Positions 58,516 through 64,000 of a stretch of DNA of 64,000 nt are shown here, one piece after another. The stretch covers positions 434,001-498,000 of the forward strand of contig JAYWIR010000051.1 of NCBI GenBank assembly GCA_036172245.1. The letters run 5' to 3'. The DNA comes from Raillietiella orientalis. Its lineage: Eukaryota. The notes under the pieces were generated by a model. It searched no databases. It was not told the origin of the DNA and was given only the letters and a program-made list of their open reading frames with translations. The position numbers were made by a program, and so were the translations under genes. Position 1 is the stretch's first letter; each line of letters starts with the position of its first letter.

Positions 58516-61500
58516 TTCCTTGCCTCCTCTGCGCGGGCTCGAGAACGCCTCTAACTGGCGCCTCCCTCGGAGCAACTTTGGCGCTCGATGGGACAGAGAA
58601 ATTCGGCGGCGGAAGAGGATGGCTTCCGAAGATCGCCGCTTGGAGGAGCTCTCTGCAGGCGCACGCCGAGCGCGCGCGCGTTCTCGGATGGCTGTCGGAC
58701 GGCGTCTCTGCTACCGCCGCCTGTCCGCCTCTCCCCCCGTTGCTGCTGCTGCTGCGACCCGGGCAGGGGACAAGCGCTCCACGACAGGAGGGTGCCGGAG
58801 TCCCGTTGCGGAGGCTGTGCCTACCCTCTGCGGAACTTCGAATCAAAAACGTGGGGGTGGTCTCCGGCCGGCGAGGTCAGCAGGCACCGCCCACCTCGCC
58901 GGCTTCCGCTGCGGCGCCGGGAACGCCTAGGGGAGCGGGACATAACGTGGCTGCCGGGATCAGGGGAGTCCGTCGGCTTCCCGTGTCGCCTCCAGCCGGT
59001 GTGCAGGGCGAGACGCGGCAAGCGGAAGGTCCCAACCAACCGACCCCCGTCTCCCTCCCCAGAGGAACCAGACCGCTGGCACCTCACTCCCGAACTCTGG
59101 CTTCTCCCTTCCTGCTTTCCAGGGGGTCGACGCCCACAGGCGCCAAACGATTCTCCCCCCGACCCCGCCTGCTCGCCCTCGGCGCGCCGGTTCAAAGCAC
59201 GCCGTGGCGGCCAGCGGGCTCCGCGTCTGAAGATGCCGGAAGCCTGTTGGACGGTTTCCGAGGAATCTCCGCACCCTGTGAAGGACGCCAGCATCCTCCC
59301 GCGATGCAGATCTGAGTGGGGGAGGGGAGGAGATTCCACGGACGAACTTGGGCGACGACCCCCCTCATCAAATGAGAAGCGCGCTGCCGACCGCGGAAGG
59401 CGGGCAGTGGTCCCCAACCCGATCTTTCCACGGGCGCCTTCCGTTCGACTCGTTCGGCGGGGAGCGCAGTTCTTGCGCGGCCATCCCTTCCGCGGTCTCC
59501 TGAGAAAGACTCCCTTCCAGCAGGTTTTCCCAAGACGGAGAGAGCTGGGGAAGAGTGTGTCTGCGCGCGCACCTGCCGCCGCCAGCGAGAACTGTGGGAA
59601 GGAGGGAGAGCGCTAGGCAACCTCCCTCCGCCTTACTGGGCAAAGGGAGCGGGGAAAAGGGGGGGGGGGGGGGAGGTTCACTTTCCGGTTCCAGGAGGGA
59701 GGAAGCTCCACCGCTTCCTGACCACGCGGACTGCCCAGTGCGGTCGAATGGAAGCGGCGATCCTCCCGGCGACAAGTTTCCGAAGACGCGAGTCCTCGCA
59801 AAAAGAAAGTGGAAGGGCAGGCAGGCCCTTCGCCCGGACGACCCAAGCGCCCCCATGTTCCCTCCCCGAACCGCGCTTTCAGGGCGATCTCTCGGCCCAT
59901 CAAGATCGCCGGCGGAGGCAGGATTGTCGAAATTTTTCCACGAGTCGAAGTGCATTCCGAGAGCTTGGGAACACTGGGCGACCCCCCAGTGGGCCCCCGC
60001 CGCTTCCTCAAGACAGGCGCCCGTCGCTCGAGTGGGCGAACACCTGCGCGCAGATTCCGGCGAACCTCCGCTTGTTGTGTGTTAAAAATAGCGCGCCGCC
60101 ATCTCCAACAATGCGCGCGGAGACCCCAGCGAGGCCCAGGAAGGAGGGGTGGGGCGAGGGGGAGCGAAATTTCCGCGCAACGCACGCAGGGTACTCACCC
60201 GGTGAACCGCCGGCACTAGGGGGCGATTTCAGCGAGTGTCCCCACCTGAAGCCGGGAGCGACTGCATTCCAGCGTGCTTCCACTCGGCTCCACCTGGGCC
60301 CACGTGCACGGAGCGCGCACCGGCGAGACCGGGACGGGGCATTCGATTCGATCTGCCGCGCTCCACCTGTGCCCTCTATTGCCTCGAGGGGGAATCAATG
60401 CCGAGGCGCGTCCACCGTGCGCCCTCTTATCGCGTGCTGCTGCGCACGGCGAGAAGAGTACAGCAAGCGGGCGGCGAAGGCAGCGGTTCCGGGCAACGAC
60501 GAAGAGCACTCGCCCCCCCCCCCTTCCCCCGGCAGCAAACGGAAAGGGGAGGGGCGCGTCTAGGGCACAGCGAGGGAGGGGGCACACGGAGCCCCGGCGT
60601 GTACGTTTTTCAGTGGGTTGGAGGTGTGCGCTCACGGGGACCCGCGGTTTCGTCCATCCCTCCGCCATGGTAGAAGGCGCGCGGGACGCCTGCTCAGGAA
60701 GACGGGCGTTGCGAAAGCTCGAGGGGAACGCCCGAGGGCAGCCTCCCCCCGGTGACGCTGCTGAACTCGGGGCGGGAAGAAGACGAGACTGACCTCGCGT
60801 TTCCTCGTCGCCGAGTCCGCCGCTTCCCCGGAAGGCTCCACGGCGGGAGGACTCTCCCCCCCCCCCCCATCCTCTGGACAAGACCTGTCTCGCAGCTGCC
60901 GCGGGTCAGCCCGCCGCCGGCGCACGCTACTCCGCCGGCAAAGCGGCAGGTCCCGCCCACCCCCGTGCAGCGCTGGTGGCGCAGCGGGGGCACCAGCAGT
61001 CTGCTTGCGCGAAGAACCGAAGCAGGCGGGAGCAGCATCCGACCGCTGAGGGGCGCCCAGGGGGAAAAGTGAGGGGGCAGGGATGCGCGGGTCGAAGTGC
61101 GGTTGGAGCGGCCCAATGGCGATGGGGACGAGGAGGCCAGCTGCATGGCTCCTGGAGCTCCCTCACCCTTCCCGTGGCTGCCGCCACCACTCGGCACTTC
61201 TTAGTTGGCACCTTTGGCGGCTCCCTGCATGCCGATCAGTGCGGCGCATGGTCTGTGCTTTGGCGCAATTGAAAAAGGGCGGGAAAGAGGCGCGGTGCCC
61301 AGGTGCATCCGGCATCCTGGCCCACTGCCATAAGAGCTCGTGTGGCCGCCGGCGCTATGACCTCCGACCAAGGTTTTGTGCTTCCTCTTTAAGAGTCTCC
61401 CGATGTCCGTGGGCGATGCGGCCACGCCCTTCCCCGCTTTTATGTCCTGCAGCTAAGACTTCACCGGGGTCCCCTCCTCCTCTTCCCTCTCTCCTTCCTC

Positions 61501-61949
61501 CCTTCCTCCTCCCCCTCTTCCCTCCCTCTTCCTCTTCCTCTTCCTCCCACTTCTTACAACAAGACGAAGGGGGGGGGACGGGTGCAAGGTCGGAGGAGGA
61601 GTCACCCTTCCGACCCCATCAGACACCCCTGTGGCGCGATCTTCCGGTCCGCCCCCTTTCGCACACTACGACCGTCCGTGGTGGGACGAGAGGGCGCGTT
61701 CGCGGCGCTCGGAGGTGCCGCGCCCAACGATCGTCGGCACTGCTCCGTCACAATTCACCTGTGGCACTCCAGCGTCCTTCCGGAGTGCTACGGGGCCGGC
61801 CGGCCGGCTGATACTGGCTCGAAGGCTGGTGCCGGACTCCAGGACACACGCGCCTTCACCCCTCACGAGGGGCCTCCGAACGCGGTTTTCGCCGCACTCG
61901 GTCCCGGGACGGGGAGCCCGTCGCAGGGAGATGGGCGCGCTGCTGCCCC

Positions 61950-63900
61950 GGCGTGGGCAGGGGACTTGCTAGCCAGGACAGCGCTTTTTCCCCTTCCACC
62001 GCGCGCCCCAGCCGGGGCCGCTCCCACCGAGTAGAGTCTCTTCGCTCCCGGACTGGGAGCGGAACCTCCAGAGGGATCGCGAGAGGGAATTCCCCTTCGG
62101 GAAACGATCTCTACGGGGAGGGTCCGCATCCGATTCCTGCCCGATTCCCGTCTGGACTCCCTGGACGCTCCGGAAGAGCCCTCCCCTCCCGTCCCAACTC
62201 GCCAGTGGGATCGGAGGGAATGGGATCCGCGTCTTCCCCTCGGGATTTTCTTCTCTCCTCTTCCCGACTTCCGTGCCAGATCGGCGCCACTCTCGTCCCA
62301 TACTTCCTGGTGGCGCTGCTCGTCCGCCTCCGCGAACGCCGCTCCTGCCTGCTGGTGCAAGGCGGCGGCGTGGTCCCCGCAGATGGCCCGGGGGCACAGA
62401 AAGATGCGCGCCGATCCCTGGGGGCCGAGTCACACGGAGAAGCTTGCCTTCGGCACCGGAGGGCGGTGCCCTCCGCGGGGACGGGAAGCTCCCGGATCCA
62501 GATCGAATTGAGCCAACCCACCGGGCACTCGCGGACGACCAGCCGCCGATGGCGTCGCAGACGGCGGCCGACATTCCTGCCCCGGGGCGGGACGATGTTG
62601 ACTCGGCCGTGACCCTGGAGGCGACGTGGCCTTCCCCTGGTCACTCCCTTGGCGGGTAGGATCTCCGCCGCGTCGAACGGCCTCAGCGCGCACAGACGTC
62701 GTTTCCTGTCGGACCGCTTCGTTTCCTCGCCACGCAGCGACCTCTCCGGCAGCTGAGCGCGCGAAGCGGACGACGGACGGACGCTCCAGCAGGAGGGGAC
62801 TGCCACCTCCGCGCGCCCTTCCTGTGTCGGAGATCACACCTCCACTCGCCCAGAAGCGGGGGGTGTATCGCCCCACCCTGTGCGTCCTGAAGTGTTCTGG
62901 CGGCGGTCTTCCGAAGGGTCGAAGCTGCAGTCCTCCTCCCGTGCTGGAAGGAGGGGGGAGAGGGGACGAGGTGGCCCTTCCCCCCTCCCCGTTCTACCCC
63001 TCCCACGCTAACACCCGAGTTCCTCCGCGGGCTCCGAGCCCAGGGATGGTGGCTGCGCACACGTTGTGCCTTTCTCTTGGCGTTGCGCAGGCGCACCCCG
63101 TCGTCGTTGGCGACTTGCTGGGAGCAGCTGCCTCCTCACCCAGCGCCGGAGCTCTCTGGTTCGTCCGACGGTCACGAATTGGCTCCGTCTCGCACACCGG
63201 ACGGCGAGCGTCGTCCTTCTGGCGCGCGATGCCCCATAATTTCCCACCTCCTCCTTTCTCCCCTTGTCCATGTTCATCCCTTCCATCGTGGCTCCCGGTG
63301 CCTTTCCGTCCTTCCTTGCAACCCCCCCGACTTCGCTGAGTACCCCCCGAAGCACGTCTTCGGAGGGGTCAGCGTCTTCGGGACGCCTTGCGGCGGCGGC
63401 CCGAAGGGAACAGAGAAAACGATGCTTTCGGGACCTCCAGATGCTCGAGGCGAGGCATCTCCAGGATCCTCGGGTGCAGGCCTTGAGGTCGAAACTGTCT
63501 CGGGAGAGTGGAGGGAGCGCTGCTACCGCGCCGCGAGTGCCGCCGTCAACACGCGTGCAGAGGGAGGCACGCAACGGCTCCCACAGCCGGCGAGGGCAGC
63601 ATCTGCACTCGGGCGAGCCAGGCTGAAGAGCAGACGAAGGGTGATGGTGCCTGGAGGAGAGAAGCGTGAGTCTGCGTGGGTTGCCAGAGCCACTCGGGCG
63701 GCGGCAGGGAAGGCGCGAAGCAACACAACAAGGAGGGGGCGAAGCCACACGGAACCTTGCACTCCAGGAGTGGCAAGGAGCGGCGGAGGCCGCCATGGTG
63801 CCTGCGTGGGCGGACTCGTGAAGGAAAGTGGCGCGAAGGGAGCCTCATGTTTATACGGGTAGCTGGAAGCCAGAAAGATCCCTGGAAGGGAGGACAGCAG
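61950..63900 (+). mobile_element. Possible decayed ORF1-like retroelement remnant
   Basis: Weak: 'GTGSSRIQIEL' and 'VSCRTASFPRHAATSP' (degenerate knuckle), then a low-complexity tail like 37640-39000. Confidence 0.25.
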
Positions 63901-64000
63901 CGAATTTCTGGCCCGTGCGCGCGCCTAGGACCCGTCCAAGATCACCGGGGCAGAGGCATCTGCGGTTCCGATTGCAGTGGTCCTTGGCTCTCTAACCGCT

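Noticed and set aside
1..64000. Hundreds of long overlapping ORFs (e.g. 30118-31836, 28062-29474, 33302-34795, 17128-18357)
   Set aside because: R/G/P/A-rich, present in all six frames, no domain motifs; expected from stop-codon scarcity in GC-rich DNA.
1..64000. CRISPR arrays, tRNA, rRNA, prokaryotic defence systems
   Set aside because: No regularly spaced repeat-spacer array, cloverleaf or rRNA core seen; the sequence is intron-containing eukaryotic DNA.

Overview
This is GC-rich eukaryotic (metazoan, probably invertebrate) genomic DNA, not prokaryotic. It has many very short (~46-60 nt) GT-AG introns, and most of the six-frame ORFs are GC-driven artefacts. Two host genes are well supported, both on the minus strand. 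The first is a complete 6-exon flavin-containing monooxygenase (56143->51454, 454 aa). The second is the 5' part (8 coding exons, 15789->7501) of an ARHGAP45/ARHGAP29/GMIP-family gene, covering the N-terminal helical region and the first part of the F-BAR domain; its C1/RhoGAP exons were not found in the window. Much of the rest is decayed non-LTR retrotransposon sequence. At ~42990-47550 a Tx1/L1-like element is interrupted by a related element (5-bp TSD TCCAA) and by a NeSL/Utopia-like RLE fragment. The most unusual observations are: (i) a 3'-truncated U6 snRNA retrocopy (19082-19130) with a fold-back inverted copy of its own 5' end and a 7-bp TSD overlapping the U6 truncation point; (ii) a 449-bp inverted repeat pair with one visible mismatch enclosing a 5.7-kb promoter-motif-rich segment; and (iii) a conserved AATAAAC-stem-loop-GGGTGA(A)n 3' terminus shared by three otherwise diverged LINE copies. 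All assignments come from reading the sequence and recalled family motifs; no searches were run.
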